Counted from the first letter of the stretch, positions 9,115 through 19,026 are shown. The stretch: 64,000 nt of DNA from Oscillospiraceae bacterium (GCA_015064205.1 SVSR01000003.1:33194-97193); one strand, 5' to 3'. The notes: a model not told the origin generated them from the sequence alone. A program made the numbers and translations.

Positions 9115-10098
9115 TTACCGTTCTTCTCTGAAATAGGGAAGTCCGAGGCTTGCCGGAGGCTGGTGCTCAGGTTTCTTTCTTGCACTTGTAAATACAAGTA
9201 CTATTATCGTAACAATATAAGGAAGCATCTTTATAAGCTCTTTATTGCTGCTTGAAAGGTTCGGAATATAGGTACATATAATGTACAGACCTCCGAATAT
9301 AAACGAGCTGAAAATAGCCGAATTCGGCTTCCAGAGAGCAAATATTACTATGGCAATAGCAAGCCAGCCACGGTCGCCGAAGCCGTCGTTTGTCCACGCA
9401 CCAGACGTATAGTCCATAACAAAGTAAAGTCCTCCAAGACCTGCGATAGAACCGCCTATACACGTTGCAAGATATTTATAAAGCGTTACATTAATACCTG
9501 CCGCATCAGCCGTTGCAGGATTTTCGCCTACTGCTCTGAGGTTAAGGCCAACACGTGTTCTGCTTAATATCCATGCAACTACAATCGCAATTATAACTGC
9601 TAGGTAAGCTAAGAAACCAAATGAGAGAAACGTTTTTCCGAAAAGTCCTAAATCTGATGCAAACGGAAGAGTTGTCTTATAAAAATTACCTGTTTTTAAA
9701 AGTGAGATCGAACCGCTTTCGCCGAAAAAGCTCAAAAGCGAGCCGCCGTAAAAGTTGCCAACGCCAACGCCAAAGGTTGTAAGAGCAAGACCGGTAACAT
9801 TCTGATTTGCACGAAGCGTTATAGTTAAAAAGCTGTATATCAGAGCCATAAGTCCCGATCCGATCAGCGTTGAAAGCAGGGGAATAAGGATGCAAAGCCA
9901 TGCAACAGGTGTATCTGTTGAGCGCTCGTACAAATATCCGCCGATTATGCCTGATATTCCTCCGACGTACATTATACCCGGAATGCCGAGGTTTAAATTA
10001 CCGCTTTTTTCGGTAAGGATCTCACCGGTTGCGCCATACAGGAGCGGAATCCCCTGAATTATAGCAGCAGATATAAATGATGCTATTGTATTTATCAT
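9115..10098 (-). CDS. ABC transporter permease (BMP/nucleoside-type importer)
   Basis: 327 aa, about 9 TM segments. It is in an operon with a second permease, a double-NBD ATPase and a BMP lipoprotein. Confidence 0.85.
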   Translation of the reverse strand: MINTIASFISAAIIQGIPLLYGATGEILTEKSGNLNLGIPGIMYVGGISGIIGGYLYERSTDTPVAWLCILIPLLSTLIGSGLMALIYSFLTITLRANQNVTGLALTTFGVGVGNFYGGSLLSFFGESGSISLLKTGNFYKTTLPFASDLGLFGKTFLSFGFLAYLAVIIAIVVAWILSRTRVGLNLRAVGENPATADAAGINVTLYKYLATCIGGSIAGLGGLYFVMDYTSGAWTNDGFGDRGWLAIAIVIFALWKPNSAIFSSFIFGGLYIICTYIPNLSSSNKELIKMLPYIVTIIVLVFTSARKKPEHQPPASLGLPYFREER

Positions 10099-10110
10099 CT
10101 CTTCCCCTCC

Positions 10111-11214
10111 TTAATTATTCTTATGTGAACGACGGAAATTGATCTTGTAGTTTACAAAAAACTCACATCCGATTATAAAGAACAGGATAATACCCGTAAG
10201 TATGTCCGATATGCTTTCATTAAGGCGCAGGCTTGTTGCTATCTGTCCTGAACCTCTCTGCAAAAATACAATGAGAAAGGATGTTAACATCATGACGATC
10301 GGATTGAACTTTGCAAGCCATGATACCATTATCGCCGTAAAGCCCATGCCGCCTGCCGTATTTTTGGTTATCGTGTGGTCCGTCCCTGCAACAAGCAAAA
10401 GTCCTGCTACGCCGCAGAGAGCGCCCGAGATAGCCATTGTGCGAAGTATTACTTTCTTTACGTTGATACCGATATATCTTGCAGTATTTTCGCTTTCTCC
10501 GACAACCGAGATCTCATAGCCCTGCTTACTGTACTTTAAGTAGATATACATAAGTACAGTAATTACAGCAACGATTATAACGTTAAGCAGATACTTCTGA
10601 CCGAATATTCCAGGAAGCCAACCGTTTTTTGAGGTGCGGTTGATAACACCCATTACGCTTGAACCGTTAGGCACCCACACCATTATAGTAAATGATACAA
10701 GCTGAGTTGCCACGTAGTTCATCATAAGCGTAAACAACGTTTCATTGGTATTCCACTTAGCTTTAAAGTAAGCCGGAATTATTGCCCATATAAGACCTGC
10801 AATCACGCTTGCTGCGAACATTATCAATATAAGAAGCGTGGACGGAAGTCTGTCTCCAACGTAAAACATACAAGCCGCTGATGCAAGTCCGCCCATAAGA
10901 ACCTGACCTTCAGCTCCTATATTCCAGAAGCGCATTTTAAAGGCAGGAGTTACTGCAAGCGATATACACAAAAGCATTGCCGTGCTCTGAACAGTATTCC
11001 AGATCTTTCTCGTTGTACCAAACGTACCCTCAAACATTGCCGCGTATACCTTGAAAGGATTATATCCCGTTAAGGCGTAAACAACTCCGGCGCACACAAT
11101 AAGTGCAAATACTATGGAAATCGCACGGACAAGCCACGCCTTCCACCAAACCATTGAATCACGCTTTGTTATGTGCATAAGGGATTCTTTATATTTTTTC
11201 TTGTTTTCAGTCAT
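10111..11214 (-). CDS. ABC transporter permease (BMP/nucleoside-type importer)
   Basis: 367-aa polytopic membrane protein. Overlaps the ATPase gene stop by 8 nt. Confidence 0.85.
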   Translation of the reverse strand: MTENKKKYKESLMHITKRDSMVWWKAWLVRAISIVFALIVCAGVVYALTGYNPFKVYAAMFEGTFGTTRKIWNTVQSTAMLLCISLAVTPAFKMRFWNIGAEGQVLMGGLASAACMFYVGDRLPSTLLILIMFAASVIAGLIWAIIPAYFKAKWNTNETLFTLMMNYVATQLVSFTIMVWVPNGSSVMGVINRTSKNGWLPGIFGQKYLLNVIIVAVITVLMYIYLKYSKQGYEISVVGESENTARYIGINVKKVILRTMAISGALCGVAGLLLVAGTDHTITKNTAGGMGFTAIMVSWLAKFNPIVMMLTSFLIVFLQRGSGQIATSLRLNESISDILTGIILFFIIGCEFFVNYKINFRRSHKNN

Positions 11215-12739
11215 TAAGATCCCCTCCGCCCGTTTTGGTCATTAAAAGACCGATTTCTTCTTTTGTTGTATTTCTTCCGTCAACAACACCCGTAACGCGT
11301 CCTCCGCCTATTACCATAATACGGTCGCAAAGCTCTATAAGAACGTCAAGGTCTTCACCAACGAATATAACTGCAACGCCCTTTTTCTTTTGCTCGTTAA
11401 GCAGATTATATATCGCGTAAGACGAGTTGATATCAAGTCCCCTTACGGGATAAGCCGCCATAAGAACTGTGGGAGATGCTGAGATCTCGCGTCCGACAAG
11501 TACCTTTTGTACATTACCTCCGGACAGTCTGCGCACAGGAGTTGACGTACTTGGTGTTACCACCTCAAGGCTGCGTACTATTTCGTCAGCTAGGTCGCGC
11601 GGACCGCTTCTTTCAACAAAGAAGGACTTTCCGCGCCTGTAACTGCGAAGCATCATATTATCAACGATATCCATATTACCGACAAGACCCATTCCAAGTC
11701 TGTCTTCAGGAACAAACGAAAGCCTTACTCCAAGCTCTCTTATCTGAAGCGGCGTCTTGTCGCGCAGATTATCGCACTTTCCGGTTTTGGGGTTATTATA
11801 TATTATTTCTCCCTCTTCAAGATGCTGAAGTCCTGCTATCGCCTCAAGAAGCTCACGCTGGCCGCTTCCTGCTATACCCGCTATACCGAGTATCTCTCCG
11901 CTGCGCGCCGTAAAGGTTACGTTATCAAGAACCTTCACTCCCTCACGGTTTACGCAGTCAACCCCCTTCACTACGAGCCTGTCCTGTGGGTTTTCGGGTT
12001 CTGCTCGCTCGATATTAAGGTCGATCTTTTTACCAACCATCATTTCCGTAAGCTCTGATTCCGTAGTCTCAGCTGTGTTTACAGTACCTACGTACTCGCC
12101 CTTTCTGAGCACCGATACTCTGTCGGATAGCGCCAAGACCTCATGAAGCTTATGAGTAATTATAATTATAGCCTTGCCTGCGTCACGCATCTTGCGAAGA
12201 ACTGCAAAAAGCTTTCTCGTTTCCTGCGGTGTGAGCACTGCGGTAGGTTCGTCAAGAATAAGAATATCAGCTCCTCTGTAAAGAACCTTTATTATCTCAA
12301 CAGTCTGCTTTTCTGAAACCGACATTTCGTATATTTTCTTGTCGGGATCTATATCAAATCCGTACTTTTCGCTGATCTCCTTAACTCTCAAAGAGACTTG
12401 CTTTATATCATATCTGCCCTCTTCGCTGAGTCCGAGAATTACGTTCTGCGCCGCAGTAAACAGATCAACAAGCTTAAAATGCTGGTGGATCATGCCTATC
12501 TTATAGTCAAATGCCTCGTGCGGAGAGCGTATCAACACTTCTTCGCCATCTATGAATATCTGACCCTCATCGGGATAATAAATACCCGAGATCATATTCA
12601 TAAGGGTTGTTTTTCCGCTTCCGTTTTCTCCGAGAAGCGACAGTATTTCACCCTTATTTACGCTAAGCGATACGTTGTGATTCGCCACAACGCTGCCGAA
12701 GCGTTTGGTTATATTTTTGAGTTCTATCGCAACACTCAC
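11207..12739 (-). CDS. ABC transporter ATP-binding protein with duplicated NBDs
   Basis: 510 aa. Walker A GENGSGKTT and Walker B ILILDEPT, plus a second NBD with LSGGNVQK. Typical of sugar/nucleoside CUT2 importers. Confidence 0.9.
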   Translation of the reverse strand: MSVAIELKNITKRFGSVVANHNVSLSVNKGEILSLLGENGSGKTTLMNMISGIYYPDEGQIFIDGEEVLIRSPHEAFDYKIGMIHQHFKLVDLFTAAQNVILGLSEEGRYDIKQVSLRVKEISEKYGFDIDPDKKIYEMSVSEKQTVEIIKVLYRGADILILDEPTAVLTPQETRKLFAVLRKMRDAGKAIIIITHKLHEVLALSDRVSVLRKGEYVGTVNTAETTESELTEMMVGKKIDLNIERAEPENPQDRLVVKGVDCVNREGVKVLDNVTFTARSGEILGIAGIAGSGQRELLEAIAGLQHLEEGEIIYNNPKTGKCDNLRDKTPLQIRELGVRLSFVPEDRLGMGLVGNMDIVDNMMLRSYRRGKSFFVERSGPRDLADEIVRSLEVVTPSTSTPVRRLSGGNVQKVLVGREISASPTVLMAAYPVRGLDINSSYAIYNLLNEQKKKGVAVIFVGEDLDVLIELCDRIMVIGGGRVTGVVDGRNTTKEEIGLLMTKTGGGDLND

Positions 12740-12772
12740 TTAAATATACCTCCGTTTAATTTTGAAAACAAA

Positions 12773-12850
12773 GCAGAAAAATTTTTTCTGCCCTCTTTTG
12801 AAAACTAATCAATAAAAGACTTGAGGCGGAGCGCCTGACGGCACTCCGCC
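12773..12850 (-). promoter_or_regulatory. two intra-operon hairpins between the binding-protein gene and the ATPase gene (candidate partial terminator / mRNA stabiliser)
   Basis: GC-rich stem GGCGGAGCGCC-TGAC-GGCACTCCGCC (12825-12850) and GCAGAAAAA-TTTTTCTGC (12773-12791). Each is followed by T-rich sequence on the minus strand. Confidence 0.45.
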
Positions 12851-12867
12851 TTAAATCTATTTCGTTA

Positions 12868-14109
12868 TTACTTTACTGTGATACCGTCAATAAACTTGAT
12901 ATCGAAGTAAGGAGCGCTTCTGAGTGCAGATTCATTGAATGCGCCGTCAGCGATTACGTTTGTTTCAGGAACAAAGTCGCCTTCGTCGATAACGTCTGCC
13001 TTGTATTCAGTAAGAGCTTCACCGTTTACAGTAAACCTGGATGTATCAAATACCTTGATAGAACCGTCTCTGAGGCCTGCTTCAACTTCTGCAAGCTTTT
13101 CAGCTGTGCCTTCTGCTGCAACTTCTGCGTTGAGTTCTGTAAGGATTACAGAGCCTGTTTCAAGAGAACCGCACCAGTCTGTTTCGAAGCTTTCGCCATT
13201 CATTGTTGCATTGATCATCATTCTGAAGTAGGGAGCCCAGTCGATCTTGGAAGAGATAAGAGCTGTTGTGGGAGCGATCGAAATTGTGCTTATGTTGTAA
13301 GCTACGTTCGGAACGCCTCTTTCTTCACATGCCTTAGGAGCGCCTTCAGAGTCTGCGTGCTGGCTTATAAGTACGCAATCTGCATCCATAAGCTTGATAG
13401 CTGCTTCCTTTTCAAGAGCGATATCAAACCATGAGTTTGTGAAGATAACTTCCATTGTTGCTGTTTCGCATACGCTTCTTGCACCAAGGAAGAAGGATGT
13501 AAGGCCGGAAACAACTTCTGCGTAGTCAAACGCACCAACGTAACCGATCTTAGCCTGTTCAGGTGTAATATCGCCGTTTGCGATCATTTCGTTGAGCTTC
13601 ATGCCGGCTGCAACACCTACAAGGTATCTGCCTTCGTAGATAGAAGCAAATGCATTGTGGTAGTTAGCAAGGCCTTCCGTCTTGGACTTTGTACCTGTTG
13701 CGTGAGCAAACTGTACGTTCGGGAATTCCTGTGCAGCCTGAATCATGTATGTTTCATGGCCGAAGGAGTCTGCAAATACGACGTCGCAGCCTGCGTCTAC
13801 AAGTTCAGCCGCTGCTTCGTAGCATGCATTTGATTCATCAACGCCAACCTTGAAGAGAACCTGTTCGTCTGTAAGACCGAGTTCAGCCTGAACTGCCTTA
13901 GCAGCATCCATAAAGTTCTTGTCATAAGTGGAGTTTTCGTCGTGAAGGAATATGAAACCAACCTTGAACTCAGGGTCGATTACATCTTCTGCTATAGTAT
14001 CGCTTTCTGTTTCTATTTCGCTGTCAACAGCAGTATCGCATGCTGTAAAAGCAACGCTTGCAGCAAATACCATAACAAGTGCGAGAAGAATAGAGATAAT
14101 CTTTTTCAT
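12868..14109 (-). CDS. BMP family (Med/PnrA-like) ABC substrate-binding lipoprotein
   Basis: Lipobox AFTAC after the signal peptide. BMP-like core (KVGFIF..., GYVGAF, ISQHADS). Confidence 0.85.
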   Translation of the reverse strand: MKKIISILLALVMVFAASVAFTACDTAVDSEIETESDTIAEDVIDPEFKVGFIFLHDENSTYDKNFMDAAKAVQAELGLTDEQVLFKVGVDESNACYEAAAELVDAGCDVVFADSFGHETYMIQAAQEFPNVQFAHATGTKSKTEGLANYHNAFASIYEGRYLVGVAAGMKLNEMIANGDITPEQAKIGYVGAFDYAEVVSGLTSFFLGARSVCETATMEVIFTNSWFDIALEKEAAIKLMDADCVLISQHADSEGAPKACEERGVPNVAYNISTISIAPTTALISSKIDWAPYFRMMINATMNGESFETDWCGSLETGSVILTELNAEVAAEGTAEKLAEVEAGLRDGSIKVFDTSRFTVNGEALTEYKADVIDEGDFVPETNVIADGAFNESALRSAPYFDIKFIDGITVK

Positions 14110-14160
14110 TTTGTTTCTCCTTGCCTTTTGGCTATTTTTTCGTGTCTGAACGACAATATA

Positions 14161-14189
14161 ATTTTACAATATTAACAGATAAATTACAA
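14161..14189 (-). promoter_or_regulatory. sigma-A type promoter for the BMP ABC operon (TTGTAA-17-TAAAAT on the minus strand)
   Basis: Hexamers with 17-nt spacing, about 50 nt upstream of the start codon. Confidence 0.4.
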
Positions 14190-14485
14190 TACATATTATT
14201 AACAAAAAAGGTACACCAACTTTTTGGCATTTTGAACAAATAACCAACTTTTTTAACAAAAATACACGTTTTTCAATTCATCTAAGCTATTTTTAGCTTT
14301 ATTGTACAATTTTGATGCTCTGTTTTCGCAAGTTTTAAACAAATAATAGTGTTTTTTTGCACCGATCATTTTAAAAAAATGTAAAATATATGTAACCAAA
14401 ATATAACTTTCGAATAAAGACTTAAGTCTTGTCAAATAGTATTTTTGTAAAAAGATACATTTTGCACCGCGAAAGGAACGATTAT

Positions 14486-15784
14486 ATGATGAAAAAGGCA
14501 CACACACGCTATACTCTTTTAATAACTATGTTATTAATGCTCGCTCTGACGATTCAAGCATCCGCTCTTTCGGTCTCACCCGCTCTTGACATTATTGCAA
14601 ACGAATACGGACTTACAAAAGTAAGCCTTGTCAGCCGCGACGTTTATTTTGAATCTTCGGACTTCAGCGAAGTAACCGGACTTAATAAAATAGACTATAT
14701 AACCATCAAGGCTCTGCCCGACCGGAATGCAGGAACGCTTATGATCGGCAATATTGCAATTGGTGAAAACCAAAAAATAAGCAGTAAAAACCTCTCTAAT
14801 CTCAGGTTTGTTCCCGTAAGTTCATCAGAGATAGCAACTTCTTTTACTTTCAGCACAAATAATAATGCCGCAACTTACACCTGTTCGGTATATTTACTCG
14901 AACGCGAAAATGCAGCGCCGAGTATCCAAAGCGGTGCGAATAGTTCACTTTACACCTTTGAAAGCATGCCCGTTTTCGGAAAGCTCAAAGCATACGATCC
15001 CGAAAACGATCCGCTCACATTTAAAATAATAAGCGCACCGTTACACGGAAATCTTGAGCTTACAGACAAAACGGCCGGCAGCTTTTCATATACTCCCGAA
15101 AACGGATATTCGGGAATTGACTTTTTTGAATATGCGGCCTATGATAAATACTCAAACGTATCGGAAACAGCACGCGTAAGCCTTAATATTCTTGAGCCTC
15201 AGACAAATATTGTTTTCAGCGACCTTGAAGGCCATTGGGCGCACTATGCGGCTATACGCACCGTTGCTTGCGGAGCTATGAGCTTCGAATCTGAAAACGG
15301 TGTATATAACTTCATGCCCGATATGCCCGTATCGCGTGCTGAATTCTGTGCGTCGCTTATGAAAAACGCAGGATACACCGGATTTAGTGCGGTAAGCTCT
15401 ACCGGATATGCAGACGACGAGGATATTCCCGAAGAATATAAAGGATATATTGCAGCTGCAAGCGTGCTTGGCGTTACAAGCGGAATAGAATCCGACGGCA
15501 AGCTTCTTTTCTGCCCTAATAATCAGATCACACGCGCTGAAGCCGCTGTAATGATCGAGCGCCTTTACGGTTTCTCAAGCGATATTGAAGTTTCATCAAA
15601 CGCCTCTGTTGCAGTTTTTGCCGACGCTTCAAGCGTACCTGCATGGGCACACGAAAGCATCGGGGTTCTGTCAAATCTCGGAATACTGAGCGGCGACTCT
15701 TACGGCAACATTTCACCGTATGCAGGCCTTACACGCGCGCAGACTGCCGTTATGCTCTCCAACATCAGCGACAACGCAAGATAA
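14486..15784 (+). CDS. secreted cadherin-like/Ig-like domain protein with C-terminal SLH repeats
   Basis: Start moved to the ATG at 14486 (GAAAGGAA RBS; MMKKAHTRYTLL signal peptide). DPENDPLTFKIISAPLHGNLELTDKTAGSFSYTPENGYSGIDFFEYAAYD is a cadherin-like repeat. SLH-like repeats at the C-terminus. Confidence 0.75.
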   Translation: MMKKAHTRYTLLITMLLMLALTIQASALSVSPALDIIANEYGLTKVSLVSRDVYFESSDFSEVTGLNKIDYITIKALPDRNAGTLMIGNIAIGENQKISSKNLSNLRFVPVSSSEIATSFTFSTNNNAATYTCSVYLLERENAAPSIQSGANSSLYTFESMPVFGKLKAYDPENDPLTFKIISAPLHGNLELTDKTAGSFSYTPENGYSGIDFFEYAAYDKYSNVSETARVSLNILEPQTNIVFSDLEGHWAHYAAIRTVACGAMSFESENGVYNFMPDMPVSRAEFCASLMKNAGYTGFSAVSSTGYADDEDIPEEYKGYIAAASVLGVTSGIESDGKLLFCPNNQITRAEAAVMIERLYGFSSDIEVSSNASVAVFADASSVPAWAHESIGVLSNLGILSGDSYGNISPYAGLTRAQTAVMLSNISDNAR

Positions 15785-15787
15785 AAT

Positions 15788-15817
15788 AAAAAGGAGTATC
15801 GCATGATACTCCTTTTT
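15788..15817. terminator. bidirectional terminator
   Basis: AAAAAGGAGTATC-GCAT-GATACTCCTTTTT. Confidence 0.8.
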
Positions 15818-15820
15818 ATT

Positions 15821-17323
15821 TTAAAACATCTTGTTTATTTCTGTTATAGTTTCTCTTGTAAGAATGTCTCCGCCTGCATGGCCTATCTTTCCGCTTGATA
15901 CGTAAGCACTGTAATGGCCTGCCTTCTCCGCCTTTTCGGTGGGAAGATATCCGTCCTTACCGCAGCAAAGCTGAACAATGAAAGTCTGCTTTGCATAGCT
16001 TCTTGCCTTTATTCTGTTGCCGTAGTCAAGGAATAATTCAAAGGGGTTTGTTGCTATTGCAATATCTCCAAAACGGATTATATGCGTTTCTACTGTATGT
16101 ATTTCCTTGTTCTGCTGTTCACGGTATCTTGAGATCGTGCCTGCATATACGTGCATGCGCGCAGTATCTTCAAAGTTGAATACTTCCTTATGCTTGTTCT
16201 GTGCAATATAGTACTCAAGCTCACGGACAGCGTTGTTGTAATCAGCCATAGTAACCTTTCTGAAAGGAAGGTCAAGGTCTATTATCTTGTGTTCAAATAC
16301 TGCCTCGTCCTTATACTCGCTTATCTCCTCATACACCGATATAATCTCATTTGCAATTCTTTTGCCCACTCTGTTGCATCCCGAAATATCATACATAGAC
16401 GGATCTGCCTTATGCTCTATAACATTAGGGCGCTTAACATTAGGATCGTCGATCGGAGTCTCAGGCTCTACCCAACGGATAAGGTCACGGGGGCACTGGT
16501 CGCCTGCCGCTCCGCAAAGGCTGAGAAGATAAATATCGTTTCCAAGCTTTTCACGAAGTATCGCCTTTGTTCTGCCCCAGTAGTCGCCCGATATAAAGCT
16601 TCTCTGCTCAAGGATCTGTGCAGGGCAAGCGATATTGGCTACAACACCTGTAAGCTTCTTATCCTTATCAAAAGTGTAAAGGAGCTCAACACCGGAGTCA
16701 TTTCCGCCTTCAAGCGCAACGAAGTTTGCAGTGTTGGTGTCGCCCCACATCTGAGCGCTTCCGTCATCATAGCTTACACGGCGGCACATACCTACTGCCG
16801 CTCTTCCGAACTCGTTTGCAACAAGCGCTTCTTTACGGTTTTTCCATGCGTTGTATGCCGCAAGCGCGATCTTGTCTGTGATAAGTTCCCCCCCCTCTTC
16901 GGGAGTAAGAACATCGTCGTCTGGCACTACCGCTTCACCGTATTTTTTACCTTCGGGAAGAAATTCCTCAAGTATCGAAACGACACCGGCAAAAGAACGC
17001 GCGCTTGTTTCATCCTTCTTCTTTGCCGTCATTTTTATAGACGTGTGAGAGTGTGTTGCGCCAACCATTATTTTTCTCGGGTCAACCTCGTCTGTTAAAC
17101 GAGCAAATTTCTCTCTTGCAATTTCAAGAAGCTCCTCGTCAAGCGCTTCTACGTCTGCCGACATAAGTATCATCTGATCGCCGTCAGATTCAACTGCCAT
17201 TGCAGTTACAGTAATATCAGACTCAACATAGTCGGATATTCTTTCAAAAAACTGACCCTCAAGGCTTACCTTTTTTTCAGGCACAAGGCTTTCTTCATCC
17301 CAGCCTATAAGTATCTTTCCCAT
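15821..17323 (-). CDS. ceramidase-fold-like hydrolase of unknown substrate (paralog 1)
   Basis: 500 aa. The layout resembles the neutral/alkaline ceramidase N-terminal family: ITVTAMAVE...MSAD, GATHSHTS, ANIACPAQ, LCGAAGDQCP, and GDIAIATNPFELFLDYG...DGYLPT near the C-terminus. The family assignment is from memory only. Confidence 0.45.
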   Translation of the reverse strand: MGKILIGWDEESLVPEKKVSLEGQFFERISDYVESDITVTAMAVESDGDQMILMSADVEALDEELLEIAREKFARLTDEVDPRKIMVGATHSHTSIKMTAKKKDETSARSFAGVVSILEEFLPEGKKYGEAVVPDDDVLTPEEGGELITDKIALAAYNAWKNRKEALVANEFGRAAVGMCRRVSYDDGSAQMWGDTNTANFVALEGGNDSGVELLYTFDKDKKLTGVVANIACPAQILEQRSFISGDYWGRTKAILREKLGNDIYLLSLCGAAGDQCPRDLIRWVEPETPIDDPNVKRPNVIEHKADPSMYDISGCNRVGKRIANEIISVYEEISEYKDEAVFEHKIIDLDLPFRKVTMADYNNAVRELEYYIAQNKHKEVFNFEDTARMHVYAGTISRYREQQNKEIHTVETHIIRFGDIAIATNPFELFLDYGNRIKARSYAKQTFIVQLCCGKDGYLPTEKAEKAGHYSAYVSSGKIGHAGGDILTRETITEINKMF

Positions 17324-17364
17324 TTTTATTTCTCCTGAAAATGTTTTTTTCTTTTAATTTGTAT

Positions 17365-17393
17365 ATTATACTATCATTTTACAGAAAAGTCAA
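17365..17393 (-). promoter_or_regulatory. sigma-A type promoter for paralog 1 (TTGACT-17-TATAAT)
   Basis: Near-consensus hexamers on the minus strand, 40 nt upstream of the start. Confidence 0.5.
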
Positions 17394-17408
17394 TACTCAT
17401 CATCACAC

Positions 17409-17450
17409 AAAAAAGTCTCCCTTTATCGATCAGAGAAAGAGAGACTTTTT
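17409..17450 (-). terminator. terminator after paralog 2
   Basis: Long imperfect hairpin AAAAAGTCTC...GAGACTTTTT flanked by A and T runs. Confidence 0.6.
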
Positions 17451-17490
17451 TATATCTGTACAAAGTTTATAATAACGGAACTATTAAAAA

Positions 17491-18987
17491 TCAGAACATT
17501 TCGTTGATTTCTTTAATAGCTTCTCTTGTGAGAAGATCGCCGCCCTCGTGGCCTATCTTTCCGCTTGAAATATATGCGCTGTAATGGCCTGCCTTTTCTG
17601 CCTTTTCAGTAGGAAGATAGCCGTCTGCACCGCAGCAAAGCTGTACGATGAATGTCTGCTTTGCATAGCTTCTTGCCTTGATTCTGTTACCGTAATCAAG
17701 GAACAGTTCAAAGGGGTTTGTTGCTATAGCAATATCGCCGAGACGGATTATATGTGTTTCTATTGTATGTATTTCCTTATTCTGCTGTTCACGGTATCTT
17801 GAGATCGTGCCTGCATATACGTGCATACGCGCAGTATCTTCAAAGTTGAATACTTCCTTATCCTTGTTCTGCGCAACGTAGTATTCAAGCTCACGGACTG
17901 CATTATTATATTCAGCCATTGTTGCCTTTCTGAAAGGAAGGTCAAGAGCTATGACCTTATGCTTGAACTCAGCCTCGCTCTTATACTCGCTTATTTCTTC
18001 ATAAACGGAGATAATTTCGTTTGCAATTCTCTTGCCCACTCTGTTGCATCCCGAAATATCGTACATAGACGGGTCTGCTTTTCTTTCGATGAGATTCGGG
18101 CGCTTTACGTTCGGGTCGTCAATGGGAGTTTCGGGGTCTACCCAGCGAACAAGGTCTCTCGGGCACTGGTCGCCTGCGGCTCCGCAGAGGCCGAGAAGAT
18201 AAACGTCATCTCCGAATTTTTCTCTGAGTATTGCCTTTGTTCTGCCCCAGAAGTCTGCAGAAATAAAGCTTCTCTGCTCAAGGATCTGCGCAGGGCAAGC
18301 GATATTGGCTACAACACCTGTAAGCTTCTTATCCTTATCAAACGTGTAAAGAAGCTCGATACCCGAGTCGTTTCCGCCTTCAAGCGCAACGAAGTTTGCC
18401 GTGTTGGTGTCGCCCCACATCTGAGCGCTTCCGTCATCATAGCTTACACGGCGGCACATACCTACTGCCGCTCTTCCGAACTCGTTTGCAACAAGTGATT
18501 CTTTACGGTTTTTCCATGCGTTGTATGCCGCAAGCGCGATCTTGTCGGTTGCAAGCTCAAGGCCCTCTTCGAGTGACATAACACTGTCATCAGGGGTAAC
18601 CTTAGCCGTATACTGTTTGCCTTCGGGCAAAAATTCATTAAGAATACCGATAGCGCTTATAAAACCGATCCCCGCATTTGTTTTCGGTTCTGACGCTCCA
18701 AAAGACGTGTGAGTATGAGTAGCGTTAACGATGATCTTTTCAGGATCAACTTCATTTGTCAGACGTGCAAACTTTTCTCTTGCATATTCAAGCTTTGCAT
18801 GGCTGAAGCTTCCAAGGTCGGCAGATACCATGATCATCTGCTCTCCGTCTGCTTCAACAGCCATAGCCGTAACCGTAATATCCGATTCAACGTATTCGGA
18901 TATTCTTTCAAAAAACTGGCCTGCAAGGCTTACCTTCTTTTCAGGTATCATGCTCTCTTCAGCCCAGCCTATAAGTATCTTTCCCAT
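17491..18987 (-). CDS. ceramidase-fold-like hydrolase of unknown substrate (paralog 2)
   Basis: 498 aa, collinear with 15821-17323. Most residues are identical by eye. Confidence 0.45.
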   Translation of the reverse strand: MGKILIGWAEESMIPEKKVSLAGQFFERISEYVESDITVTAMAVEADGEQMIMVSADLGSFSHAKLEYAREKFARLTNEVDPEKIIVNATHTHTSFGASEPKTNAGIGFISAIGILNEFLPEGKQYTAKVTPDDSVMSLEEGLELATDKIALAAYNAWKNRKESLVANEFGRAAVGMCRRVSYDDGSAQMWGDTNTANFVALEGGNDSGIELLYTFDKDKKLTGVVANIACPAQILEQRSFISADFWGRTKAILREKFGDDVYLLGLCGAAGDQCPRDLVRWVDPETPIDDPNVKRPNLIERKADPSMYDISGCNRVGKRIANEIISVYEEISEYKSEAEFKHKVIALDLPFRKATMAEYNNAVRELEYYVAQNKDKEVFNFEDTARMHVYAGTISRYREQQNKEIHTIETHIIRLGDIAIATNPFELFLDYGNRIKARSYAKQTFIVQLCCGADGYLPTEKAEKAGHYSAYISSGKIGHEGGDLLTREAIKEINEMF

Positions 18988-19026
18988 TTTTATTTCTCCT
19001 TAAAAGGTAATTTAAATTACAACACC

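Larger units (their letters stand above)
15821..18987 (-). repeat. tandem gene duplication (two ~1.5-kb copies, each with its own promoter and terminator)
   Basis: Long identical nucleotide runs, for example GTGCCTGCATATACGTGCAT and CTTCAAAGTTGAATACTTCCTTA, occur in both copies. Confidence 0.9.

Noticed and set aside
16151-17098. A 315-aa plus-strand ORF, and its counterpart at 17821-18498, lying antisense inside the ceramidase-fold paralogs.
   Set aside because: Both are fully embedded antisense to well-supported genes and have no RBS. Their composition is Cys/Arg/Leu/Val-rich and unprotein-like. They appear in both copies only because the sense gene is duplicated.
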